DNA of 64,000 nt, taken from Batkoa obscura. Taxonomy: Eukaryota. The DNA lies in NCBI GenBank assembly GCA_030770535.1, contig JASVEC010000021.1, positions 434,001 to 498,000 on the forward strand, read 5' to 3'. A program made the position numbers and the translations under genes. This document shows, piece after piece, positions 51,588-64,000 of this stretch. Each line of letters begins with the position of its first letter. Positions within the stretch are counted from its first letter, which is position 1. A model generated the notes under the pieces. The model was not told the origin of the DNA. It was given only the letters and a program-made list of their open reading frames with translations, and made no database searches.

Positions 51588-52171
51588 GTATTTAAAGTAA
51601 AGTTAGTTGAGTAGTTACATAATATTTGATCTGCTTTTTTTTAACCTTCTCTTAATATGATTTTATAAACTTAGTTTTCTAAAATTTAAGCGCTTTTTAA
51701 TAAATTTAGAAATCAATTTAAGGACATTATATTGTTTTGAGCATATTTCTTTTTAAATGATATAGCTAAAGATAAATTAAATATTGTTTTTTGATACAAA
51801 TAAAAATAATATCTTGTACTTGTACAAAGTTTGAAAGAATTATTCTTAACAAATAAAGTCTTACCACCTTAATTGATTACTTGACTATTATTGTTTTTTT
51901 ATAAATTCAATTATTGCTTAATATAAAAAATTAATTCTTTTTAAGCCTAGTTCTCTTTGATAAATTTTTAATTTACTAAATTTAACTTCTAAATAGAACT
52001 CAATTAAATCCAAAAAGTGCTTAATTCAATTTAAATACTCCAAGGCTCCTTCAGCAAGTATAAAAATAATAATAATAAAAGAGGATAAATAACTAAGTGT
52101 TAAGTTATGGTCAATCCTTAAAAAAAAGAATCCCAACTTTCAATTCAATACAACTTAAGAAATCATAAAGA

Positions 52172-53693
52172 ATGCCACGTCCACCGTCTATCTTGTTATT
52201 ACCTGATCCAATTATAGAATCAACCTTAACTTCATCACTTTGTGAACCTAGTATCATCAAAGATTATCAAACACCAAAAACCTCGGACTCCACTAAATCT
52301 CATACTTTACGAGAATCTTCAACTATTAACTTTGAAGCTTTAGAAAGCTATTTAAAAGAAAAAGGTCATAGTTCAAATTATGAAGAAGAAAAATTATATC
52401 AAATACCAGAATTAACTTCATTAAAAAGATGTATGTTTTATTCGTTTACAGAAGGTATTAGAACATTAGATAGTTTAACCTGTTTGGATTTAGAGCTTTG
52501 GAAAACTTATTTAAATTCAGAAAGTTACTGGATTGATTTAATTAATCCTACCAGTTCCGAATTAAATTTAATTAAGCAAGTATTCCAATTAGATATGAAT
52601 TCGGTGGAAGCAATATATACTCAAAATTCCAAAGAAAGTTTAGAAACATTAAAAAACTATGATTTTTTAAGTTATCAATCAACTACCAGTTGTGTAAATG
52701 AAAAGCAAAGTATTTTTGAGATGGAAATTAATAGTTGTAGTATTTATAATATTATTACAACTAGAGGTATAATCACAGTAAGATTTAGTTAATTTACTTA
52801 AGATACTTGAACTTAGCTATTTTTTTATAAAATGTATAGGTAAGTAATAACTACCTTCCCCATCGTGAACGTGTGTTACAACGCTTACAAGCATTAAAAT
52901 CAAAAAATCATAATTCAACGGGTTGGATAGCCTATGCTATATTAGATCAAGTGATTGACAATCTCGATCCACTATTAAAAGCGTGCATCCTTGAAGCCGA
53001 AAAATTAGAAGATTTGATATTACTCCCTGAAATTGATAGTTCTAAAGCATTTACCGAAAAAACAATTTATCAATTAAACGTATTAAAACAACAAGTGTTT
53101 TCGATCAGTAAATTAATGTCCCATAAACTGGATCTTTGTCATGGTTTAACCGAAAGAGTACTCAGTAAGAAAGATTTTGATAATGGTATTCAATTATACT
53201 TTGGGGATGTAGAAGGTAAGTATTTCATTTTAAATAGATAATCTATTTTCTTATATTAGCTTCGTTTTAGATCATATAACTTCCATGATGCAGAATTGTA
53301 TTCATTTAGAAAAAATATTAACTCGGAGTTATAGTAATTATATGGATTCTTTAACTTTAAAATATATAAGAGATAATAATAGTACTTTTGATCAATCTAT
53401 GGTATTAACTTATCTTGGTGCTATATTTTCTGTATTTTTATTAACTACTGGTAAGCAATTGATTTTTTAATTCTAGTTTCATTATAAATTACATAGTTAT
53501 TAATGTTAACGATTATTGATTATTATTATTAGGTATTTGGGGTATGAATGTTAAAGTATTAGGAAGAACAGATGATGATAACCCAGATGAAAATACGATT
53601 TATTGGTTTGTAGGTATTCTAATTGGGTCTTTATTATTAGCTATTCTATTTGGTAGTGGGTTACATTGGTATGCTAAAAGAAGTTTAAAATAA
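52172..53693 (+). CDS. CorA-family Mg2+ transporter (Alr1/Mnr2-like), 4 exons
   Basis: YWIDLINPT, WIAYAILDQVID, LYFGDVEDHI, TGIWGMNVKV (GMN motif), second TM. Confidence 0.88.
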
Positions 53694-53856
53694 TATAGTA
53701 TTGTTATTGTTATTGTTAAAACTCGATATTATTATTATTATCTTTGAGTATTTTTTGTTTTATTTAGAAGTTTTTTTTTCAAAAATAAAATGAGGTATTA
53801 AAAATGAGTTTTTTTGAGTTTCTATTCTAAATAACTTACTTTTTTTATCTTTTTGA

Positions 53857-55007
53857 ATGTCTCTCATTGATAATCAACAGCCTAAAGTAAGTGCTTGACT
53901 TTAAAATCAATTAATTATTTATCGTCTATCCTAGATAATTATTAAATGGCTTTTTAATTATTCCCAATGGCCTATCACTGAACCTGAATTACAACCTTAT
54001 ATTAGATTATTAAATACAATTAACGAACGAGAAAAGATTACTAATTTAGTTTATCTATCGGATAAATTAGCCTCTTTAACTGGGAGATTAATGTTATATA
54101 AACTAATATCTATGATATTGTTAGAATTGGAAAAAAAGAAAAGAGTTGAGGGTGATGACAAGACGTTATTAGAATTATGGAAAAAGATAGAAATTGAATA
54201 TTCAAAAGATGGGAAACCTAAAGTTAGTGAAGTAAATATTAGTTGAATTCAAAAAATAACAACAATAGTCTTATTGAAATGATGGATTTTTAGAAATTAA
54301 TAAAAGAGTATCCAAGCTTAATAAACTTGGGTTTTAATATAGCTCATCACGGTGATTATTCAATATTGATAGCAGGATACCGAATCCATTTAGGTGTGGA
54401 TGTAATGCAAATCAAACTAGTTCAAAATGAAATCAGTGAAATGAATTTTATATCGGATTTTGAAGGAGAAGTAAGTATTAATATTTTATTGTTATTTGTT
54501 AACTTAATTTGTTGAATAAAAATTATATACATACTAAAAGATCAATCTTTAGTTTTCAAAAAGAGAATGGAATGAGATAATAAAACATCACTCGAAATCA
54601 AAGCACTACACAAGTTTAAATCGATTTATGGAATATTGGTGTTTAAAAGAAGCTTTGTTAAAAGGGATTGGAATTGGTTTACAATTACCATTAAATGAAA
54701 TTGATTTCAATCTTAATGAGAAACCAGCTAAACAGAACTTAGTAAGTTATTTATTTGTTCATTTAATATCTATTTTTTAATTAGATCAAACTAAAAGGAT
54801 AAACCTTGGTATAATACAAGTTATGCTTTAAAACAAAATACTCCTTTTTTATTAGATTTTCAATTTGAAGAACGATATATCTCTTTAGATCATTGTACAG
54901 CAATAGCATATAAGCCTATTCAACCCACTTTAAAAATACAAAATACGGACTTAAATTTCGAATTATTATTACCTCATCATTTAGTATCTTTAAATGATTT
55001 AAAATAA
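53857..55007 (+). CDS. LYS5: Sfp-type 4'-phosphopantetheinyl transferase (Lys5/AASDHPPT-like), 5 exons
   Basis: SKDGKP, FNIAHHGDY, LGVDVM, YWCLKEALLKGIGIGL. Confidence 0.88.
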
Positions 55008-55087
55008 TAAATAATAATAAAAATTCAATAAATTTATAAAAACCTTGTCTGTTTATTTATTGTAAAAAAAGAAGCTAAATTTCTTAC

Positions 55088-58000
55088 TTAACGGAAATAT
55101 TGGTCCAATGATTCCCCATGAAATCTTTCCATTGTAAGTATCAAATCTCTTGTAGCATTAACAATTAAGTCATCATCATCTTCCATCACCTCAGCCAAAT
55201 AAGGAATTGTTTCTGGTAAGAAAGGTAAGAAAGCTTCACCTTGTCTTACATAAAACGCTCTTAATATTTTCAATGCCATACATTTAACATTAATATTCTT
55301 AGATCGAGTTTTTAATAAAATAGCCGAATTTAAACTCTTCCAACTGGTTTGTCCAGAAACAGCTTGACATAACCAATCAAAACATGGAATTAAACATTCT
55401 TCAGAGAGTGTTAAACAGGTGACTTTATCCATTTGATTAACTAATTTAGGTAAGATTTTATTAAATGTATCCATGGTCCAAATACCTAATTTAAAAAATA
55501 ATTAATAAAATGTATTTAAAAAAATAATAACTAAGTTTACCTTCCGTATCAAATTGTAAAGAAAGTGTAATTGATTTTAACAAATATTTCCATAATAAAT
55601 TATTCTCTTCTATAACTTCAAATGTATCTAAAGTATCAATTGCATGATCCATTGTATAAATAAAATAAGGTGCAAAGATATGCTTTAAATTAGATAATAA
55701 TAAAGAGATTAAATGATAGAATGTAATTAATCTCGAATTTCCATGAGAAGTGTTACTTAATTCAATACATGCCCATTCTCCTAATTTTAAAAAGATAGGT
55801 TTAAACATATCATCTCTTAATTTCATAACTAATAATAAAAAGCCTTGTAATATAATTTCTTCAATTTTTAAAATATTCTAAAAATTTAAAAAATTAATAT
55901 TCTATTAATTAATTTCTATTAATAAATAAATTTTACCTCTTCTCCTATACTTTTATAACTATCTCTAAAATCAAAACATTCTAAGTAAAATTTAAATAAT
56001 AATATATAACACTTTTCCACTTCATCAGCAGATAAATTTAACATCACTTTGGATACAATTTCAAAAAGAGCTGTAGTACATTCTACACCCTTTTCAATCA
56101 TAACTGTATATAATTTAAAGATTACTGGAAGTAATACTCTTGCTTCAATTTCTCTATTCAACAATATTAATAATGAAGATACTTTATCTTTTAATATTAA
56201 TTCTTCCATGTGATCTAATTGAACTTTAAATTCAATTAAAAGAGTAAGTATTGTTTCTAAATATGGGGCCATAAATTTAGCCAATTTAACAAATAAAGCA
56301 TCTAATAATAAAAATTGAGCCATCCAAATAGTGGAGTTATCGAAATCAGTAGAAATTGAAATGGATACTTTCATTTGTTTCATTAATATTGGCATAATAA
56401 TAGGAATATGTTCAATTATGATGCTATCTAATTCTTGACTATAAAAAAAGATTAATAAATAATAAAATAAACAAATGACAATAATTTACCAAATATAAGA
56501 TAAAACTACACAAGAAGAAGCAAATATATTTAAATCTTCAGAATTGAGACCATCTTTGCTCAATAATAAAGGAAGAATATTCTTTGAAAAGAATTTACTT
56601 TCGGTAATATTATGATGTTTGGAAAAACACATAATATATTGACCTAAACAATTAAAAGCAGTCTGTTTATTTAATTGAATTTCTTGTTCCATTTGAATCA
56701 AATCAACCAAAATGGGTACTAATTCAAGGAAATTTTTAACTTCATTAAGTGCCAATTGAGTGTGAATCTTTTCCAATTTACTTTCTAATAATTGCATAGA
56801 TCGGAATCGAATAGTAGAACTTGAATGCATTAACAATTTCTTCAAAAATAAAGTCAAACAAGGATAAGATAATAAATTAATTGTGTCATTTAATATATCA
56901 TATTCAAATGCTACTAAAGATTTAAAAAATTTCTTAATTGTTAAATTAACATTTTCTCGAGCTGAATAATCAACTAAATAAGCTCTTAAATCATCTACGA
57001 TTAATAATAAACTTTCTGCTACATTAATATAATTTTCATCCAATTGTTTGGCTTCTTTGCTTTTGGCTTCAATTTCTAACAACATATACAAAAAGGATTT
57101 ACTATTTAAATTTAATTTGATAAAATTCATTATTGAAAATTTATAATGTCTTAATTGTTTATCCGTTGCTTCTTGAATTGGAAATAAATTTCTGACATTG
57201 GAATAATCCTTATTCTCTACTTTTTCATTGGGTAAATCTAATAAACTCTTTAATAATTGGGCCATAACACTTACTTGGATTGTTGGATTAAATTGAGTAC
57301 TAATTTCTAAACAAAATTCTTTGAATTTGTTTGCTTCTTCTTTATGTCCATGACAATATTTAATAGAATAAATCTCTAATATAGTAGCTAATACTACATA
57401 TAAAAATTCAGAACCCATAATATTAATTAATGTAGTAAATAAATTGACCCTTCGATGTTGAGGAATATGTAATAAAGCATTAACAAATACTTTAATAATT
57501 GGCTTTGAATTATATATTAATTCAAAATTAGAATCTTCTTCATCCATAGCTGACTGTCGATAACTATTTAATAAAGGTGGTATAATTTTTTCTAATGTTT
57601 GCTGAATTATAAAGAAAGAATAATTGTCATCTTTTTGCAACACATTGGCTCCCATAAAAGTAAAGATTGGCATGACATGTAATAATACAATTTCTGGATG
57701 AACTGTAGCAATAGCTGACACTAATAATAATGCTTGATGATGTACTTGTGGGGAGGAAGATAATCTTAATAATTGAACAACTAAATCAATACGTGTTGAA
57801 TTTTCATTAATTTTAATTGTTGATTGTTGATTATTATTAAAAATTGTTGTTAATATAGATAATAATAGTTGATAAATATAATTAATTGAGGTATGAATTA
57901 AATCGGATGGCAATTCAATTAACAAAGATAATAACGAAAATAAATTAGGAATTAATTTAATTAATTGATGAGTTTCTAATTGATCATCTAATACTTCTAA

Positions 58001-61000
58001 TAAAGTAGTCATTTGCATAAATGGTCGAGTTAATAAATTATTATTATTATTAATTAAATCTCCTTCAATTTCACTTAGTTTGATTTTCTTATTATTATTA
58101 TTTCCGTTAATTGTGATTTGAGATTTAATCTCATTTAATGTATCTACTACTGATTCATATGTTATTGGTAATTTTAATAACACTTTTTTAGCTAATGAAG
58201 CTAAATGATTATCTTCATAACAATTAACTACCATTAATGATCTTAATAATTTAGATTGACTATTAACACTTAAATTAGTAAATAATTGAGGTGTTATTTT
58301 ATTTAACACTAATTCACATATTGATTGATTATTTTCATTTAAGTTAATTAATCCTAAAGAATATGTCATCATATTAATATATCGATCTTTATTATTATCT
58401 AATACTTTTAATGATCCAGGTGTAAATAAGTTTAATAATTGTTGTAATAACTCCCATTGTGTTAAGTTAATTTTTTCAATTTCAGATAATTGTTTTAATA
58501 AATTGGAAATTAATACAGATAATGATTTTAATTTTGATTTACATTCAATATCTTCAATTAACTGCAATAGCAATATTTGTGGTATTTCTTGTTCAAATTG
58601 TTGAATTATTGATAATATAAATTCCATAAATACATTATGTAAATTATTTGGTTCACGTGAATGTCCATTAAGCCCATGTTTAATTGCAAAATTACTCTTT
58701 GGTATATTGATATTTAATGTTCTCTTAATGATTTGTTTAATTCCTATTTTAGAACGAATAATATCTTTTTTGTTTAATAATAGTTGAATAATTAAAAAAT
58801 GAAATAATTGTAATGTTAAATATTTAATACTTTTATCTTGAATTGGATAAAATTCTTTTTTACCAAAAATGGGTACTGATTTTTTGAGTTTTTCATTTGA
58901 ATAAGATTGTAATAAGTTATTAATGGAATCTAAACAAATTACTGCTGCTTGTCGAATTAATTCATTATTATTATTTAATGATATTAAAATAAATGGTAAT
59001 AATAATTGATAATCTATTATCGATTTACTTTGTTGAATTGTATAAGATAACAAAATTAATGCACGTGATTTGATTAAATAATTAATATCCTGAATTAATA
59101 AAATATAACAAATAAATTTAATTAATTGATCTTTAATTAAATAATTAGCAATTAATTTACTTAATGTCAATTTAAACATATTTAATGATTTTAAACATAT
59201 TAATGAAAAACAAGTAGTGATAATAATTGCTAATTTACTTTGTTTACTATTTTCTTCTTGTTTTAAACTTAACCATTGAATTTCTATTTTGTCTTGATTT
59301 ACTTTCATTAATGTATTAATACAATAAGAAATTGTAATTAAATAAGAATTATTATCATTATTAACTGAATGGTAATTAATAACATTAGTAATACATTCTT
59401 CTAAATTTAATAAACTAGTTTCTTGAATGTTAAAATTAATTATTGTTATGAATTTCTCAATACATTTAGATAAATCAATTGATATTTGTTTCACTTGTTT
59501 TACTGTTAATTGATCATAAATACTTTGAAATCCTAACACACCAATAATTAAAAGTATTTGTTTAGTTACAACATTAGTATGAGTATTAGCTAATTGAATA
59601 CTTTGATTAATATATTCAATTGGATTTGTTGATTTTTGAATATTTTTAACTGTTTGCTGGATATAATTTATATTATAATTAATAAAATCCGTTTGTTGAT
59701 TGTTCAAATTGATATTGTTTTGTATTAAAAATGGAGATAATTGCATTAAATTTTTGTTTAATTTGGAATTAATTAACTGAAGAATTTGTTGATTATTGCC
59801 ATCATAAATCAAACCTTCAATTAAATAAGGTAAACATAATAATAAATTATCTTTCATAAATTCCATTGTTAATATTAATTCATAACCAATCAATTTAAAT
59901 TGATTAGGTAATACTTTAATGTTATCCCATAATTTATGGGCTCCAATTTCTTTCACTAATTTTGGATTTTGTTTTAATAAATCTAATGTTACTTGTACTA
60001 ATTCCATATTATCATCTTTTAAATTTTCTATTAATCCTGGATAAAATGAAGCATAAATTGATGGCTCTTGAGTTTTTAAACATAAATTCAATTTGTTAAT
60101 TGCAGCTATACGATATTGTCTATTAGAATGAATTAAACTTAATTCTAAGGAAGAATTAGTTTCTTTTAATGGTAAAGAAGTAGAATGCTGGAACTGTAAA
60201 ATAAAAAAATTCAATGCTAAGTTATATTCTTTAGATTCTGATCCATGTTGTTGTACTAATAGTTCTAATTTTTTACCTATAATTTGTTGTACAACTGAAC
60301 TGTTCTTTTTGTTTATTAATTGAAATATTTCTCCAATGAATTTATTATTATTTTGTTGTTTTAACATTAATTGATCAAATAAATGTATTGATACTTTAGT
60401 TACCATATTACCACCAACTTCATTAATCATGTTTATTAATTTGTTAATTAATTGATTGTATAATTCATATTTCTCAGATTGTTCAATAACTAAATTAATT
60501 AATTGAATAATTAAATACTCATAAATTGTTTCAATATCAAATTCCTTAGCAATGGGTAATAATATTTTATCGAAATTGTTTTGCTGTACAATCCAATCAA
60601 ACAATAAGTCATGACGATTCTTAATATCAAAACAATTCTTTTGAGAAGAAGCCAATTTAACCAAAGAAGTGACTTTAAAATGAATATCAAATTCATTCTT
60701 TAATAATAAATCAATGAATTTAAATGTCATATCTTTAGTAAAAGAAACCTTTGAAGCCGTATGTAAAAACAAAATTAAACTCGTTAATCGAAAATCTTTA
60801 CATTGATGTTGAATTCCATTTAACAAATTTGGTAATAATAAATTCAATGTTTTCTCTTCAATAGAAGAACATTGTTGTAAATAACCCAACATAAATCCAG
60901 TATAAAAGGAAAAGAAAGATGAATAATTAGGCGTACTTTTGGCAAAAGTAGTTGCACTTTGAATCATAAAATTTAAAATTTGACTATCTTTAAGGGTTAT

Positions 61001-61564
61001 CTTAATAAATTGTTCTCTATTAAATGTCACTTTCGATTTTCTAATTCCAATCAATGGACTCCAATAAGTATCATGTTCGATATTTAAAATACTTAACATT
61101 TTTAAAAAAGAGGGGGTATCATGATAAGGCAAAATACAACGTAACACTGCATCTACATTAAACTCGTTAACTCGGAATCTACGAATTAACCATTCTAACA
61201 CCTTCCCAGTATGAGAAATTAAAAAATAAGGGCTAATCAAAGTTAAAAACAATTCAATAGTATTATCCAATTTAGTATTATCTGCTTTGGTCAATAATAC
61301 TCTATCGACTTCCTTAATTTTACTTGAAAACAAGCTCTGTTCGAATGCTTTTAATTTAGGTTCTAATCCTAATAAACTATTAAACCCTTCAACACCGATA
61401 TCAAAGATAGAATTGACATCTAACTCAGCAGCTTCTCGAGAACTAAAAATAAAAGAATCTTTATATTTACTTACTCGACTACTACGTACACGTTCTGTAT
61501 TCGGGTCCCGGATACTACTAAGTTGCTTTTGTAAGATGCTTTGATTTACTCGCTTTTGTGCCAT
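55088..61564 (-). CDS. UTP10: U3 snoRNP protein Utp10 / HEATR1, 4 exons
   Basis: KVLEWLIRRFRVNEFNVD, LPYHDT, VMPIFTFMGANVL.KDDNYS, FKPIFLKL.EWA, LPETIPYLAEVMEDDD; likely start MAQKRV (AAAATG context). Confidence 0.96.
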
Positions 61565-62619
61565 TTTTAAGTGTCTATGTGTTTTTTCTATATAAAAAAT
61601 GGCGATTTTTGATATTTGTGAATTTTTGGGATTTCTAAGCATAAAGAATTTCCTATGGATTGGAAAATAGGATCAATTAAATAGTTATGGGAAGTTTAAA
61701 TTTGGAGATGAGTAGAGAAACATAATAATTCAATTGGTATGAATTAACTAGTACATATTGTTTTGAACTTATTAAAAACTCAATATAGTTTTATTTCTTC
61801 TAGTTTTATATTGAATAGATTTCCTATTTTAGCTTTATTAAAATAGCTAAATATAATCCATAATTAAAGCTCCGTTTTTAAGTATGAGTTTAAATAGGTA
61901 TATTTATGCTGGGTTTTTTATGGGGTCTCAAAAGCTAAATAAAAATATTTACTTATAGATTGAAAAAGCAGAAGACTGCTTAAACTATGAATAAACTATT
62001 GCTCCTATTAAAATTTTATTAACAATTTAGATAAATTTGTCTTGTTCTTGTATTGTTTACTCATTTAAAAGCATATTACTACTAGGTTATATTGTTAACT
62101 AACATTTATGTTCACTAATTACGCTTAAAATTTTGACAAGGTATCTAAGCTAAAAGATATACAAATGCTTCAAACCTTACTACTCCTATTAAACAGTAAG
62201 TTAACTAATAATAAATTATTATATTATCTTAACTATAATATATGAATGTTTTATTTTTGATGGTTTAAAAACTACTTTATTAAGTATTGATATCATACTG
62301 GATATAATTTCATACTAATAAATAAGTAATTTTGTAAAATATTACTTTACTAATTTAATTTAATTTAATTTAGATAATTTTACAATTAAACTTAAATATA
62401 TTTATAAACTAATATACAGTTAAATTAAGCTTTTTCATTTAAGTTTGCTATAAAAAACTTTATTTCTGTATTTTAACATTTATATTAGTAGTTATAATAA
62501 AACATGATAACTGATATTATTTTATATATATAGCATATCAATGCAAAATATTTAAAAAAGTTTTAATATAATAATTTTATTCTCTAAAATTATTATATTA
62601 ATAAAGCTTAATAGCTTTA

Positions 62620-62723
62620 TATAAAGATCTATTTTTTATTTGAAGATTCTACTGATACCCTTCTCATTTAAACAGCACCAAAAAATAAAAAAAGCAGTGA
62701 AGCTAAAAAAAACACCCCCATAT
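62620..62723 (+). mobile_element. Degraded MITE family copy
   Basis: Right end gtgaagctAAAAAAAACACCCCCATAT intact; remainder diverged. Confidence 0.7.
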
Positions 62724-62732
62724 ATTATTTTT

Positions 62733-63034
62733 TATATTTTAAGTTTAGATTAATTATAAAAACTAAGGTTTATTAACATAGCTAATTAATTAAGCTGTTT
62801 CAGCTTTTAAGTTTAATTTTTAAATATGTTATTTTATTTATGAAATTCAAACTAAGTTATAAAATTATTTAATATAATAAAGCTTGTTTTCTATTATGCT
62901 TATTTAAGTTTTTATAAAAACTAAAATAAAATATGAGAGTTAATACTTAGTAATTGAAGTTGAAAGCAATTCTTGCTTAATTAACTGGCTATAAGTTAGA
63001 AAAACTTTAGTTTATATAATTAAAATTGATATAT
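62733..63034. repeat. ~300-bp degenerate inverted repeat (foldback element)
   Basis: 62752-62771 pairs with 63002-63021 (18/20); tagctaattaattaagc pairs with gcttaattaactggcta; further nested matches toward a centre near 62875. Confidence 0.7.
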
Positions 63035-64000
63035 GATAAGCTATAAGCTATAAACTATAGAAAATAGATGAAATAAAAAATATTGTTATGAAATTTATAT
63101 AGTAATATAAAACTTAATAACTTTATTAAAAAATATAATATCAAAAAACTTACCCCCATATATTAAAAAATCTTTTTTATATTTCAATTAGGTGGTTATA
63201 TAAAAATATATAACAATCATTATTTTTTACTACAATTGTCTAATATAAATATTAAAATTTTTTGTAGCAAATTTAAAAACTTAAAATTGATTGTAAATTC
63301 AGAAACATGATAATTTTTCTACTAAAAATTTAATAGGAAAATCATTCAAAGCTAATTAAATTTATTATATAGCTTATAACTAAATTAATTATGATTCCAA
63401 TTAGTTTAAACAATTTAAATAGTTATTATATCATAATCAATTATAAACCTGGAAAAACAATGTTTTATAGCTTTATTTATAACTATAGTTGTGAAATATC
63501 CCTTTATCAGCTCTATGATTGATTATAATATATCAATCACTTAAGTTGTGCTCTCGAATAGAGACATAATCAACTCCAATCTTATTTTGATTTGCTGCAA
63601 GAATTTCTAATTTCATTCCAAAAAGTATTACTTTTTTGCTTTGATACCCATACTTGTCGGAGTATAAAACGGACTTTAGAATATAGTAACTTGGAGCCTC
63701 TTAACTAAATTATTTCCTAATACTATACCTTTAATAAAGCCACTAAATCTTTTTGGTAATACCTTGCGTAGGTTTTACAGTAATATTGTCTATTCTATTT
63801 GTTTTACATAATCCATAGTATATTACGTGCTATTCTCCATAATTCAAGTTTATATTAGTTACATAAACTAAGACTTTTCAACGTACAACTAGTTAACCAA
63901 ATAAAGGTTGCTTTTAACTCGGACCACTGATTACCAGATTTCAGATTCTTGTAAATAAACAGTTTTACTTTATTATAATCTATCACTTTTAAAAAAAAGT

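Noticed and set aside
1..64000. U12-type introns, in-frame TGA selenoproteins, alternative genetic code, tRNA/rRNA/snoRNA genes
   Set aside because: Introns I traced in intact genes are GT-AG without RTATCCTT donors; genes translate with the standard code; no convincing RNA gene motifs by eye (tRNAscan/Infernal not run)

Overview
AT-rich, intron-rich eukaryotic DNA with short GT-AG introns (mostly ~40-70 nt). It is most likely an early-diverging fungus; an Entomophthoromycotina/Conidiobolus-like origin is my inference from composition, intron style and gene content. About 23 protein genes were reconstructed by manual splicing: RFC small subunit, mitochondrial S2, a RecA-like orphan, RPS12, LCB2, an alpha/beta hydrolase, DNAJC12-like, ALDH, a TM-SH3 protein, BCKDHA, ORC6, SREBP, peroxisomal MDH, a Pcl-type cyclin, EMC2, DUF2011-like, an FHA kinase, OST1, RNF181-like, VRG4, CorA, a PPTase and UTP10. 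Not shown by the ORF track: (i) a ~105-bp MITE family with terminal inverted repeats (ATATGGGG...CCCCATAT), about 12 copies; (ii) a decayed island at 41-46 kb with a divergent intron-containing PCNA pseudogene and a dead duplicate of the hydrolase gene; (iii) a DNAJC12 orthologue keeping the C-terminal KFRNYxx motif that binds aromatic amino acid hydroxylases; (iv) an 8-nt microexon carrying most of the kinase catalytic Asp-Val-Lys; (v) a ~300-bp foldback element; (vi) a repeated TGCCAAGTGA motif around the cyclin gene. No tRNA, rRNA or CRISPR was seen. All calls are by-eye translation and motif recognition; no searches were run, and boundaries of relics are approximate.
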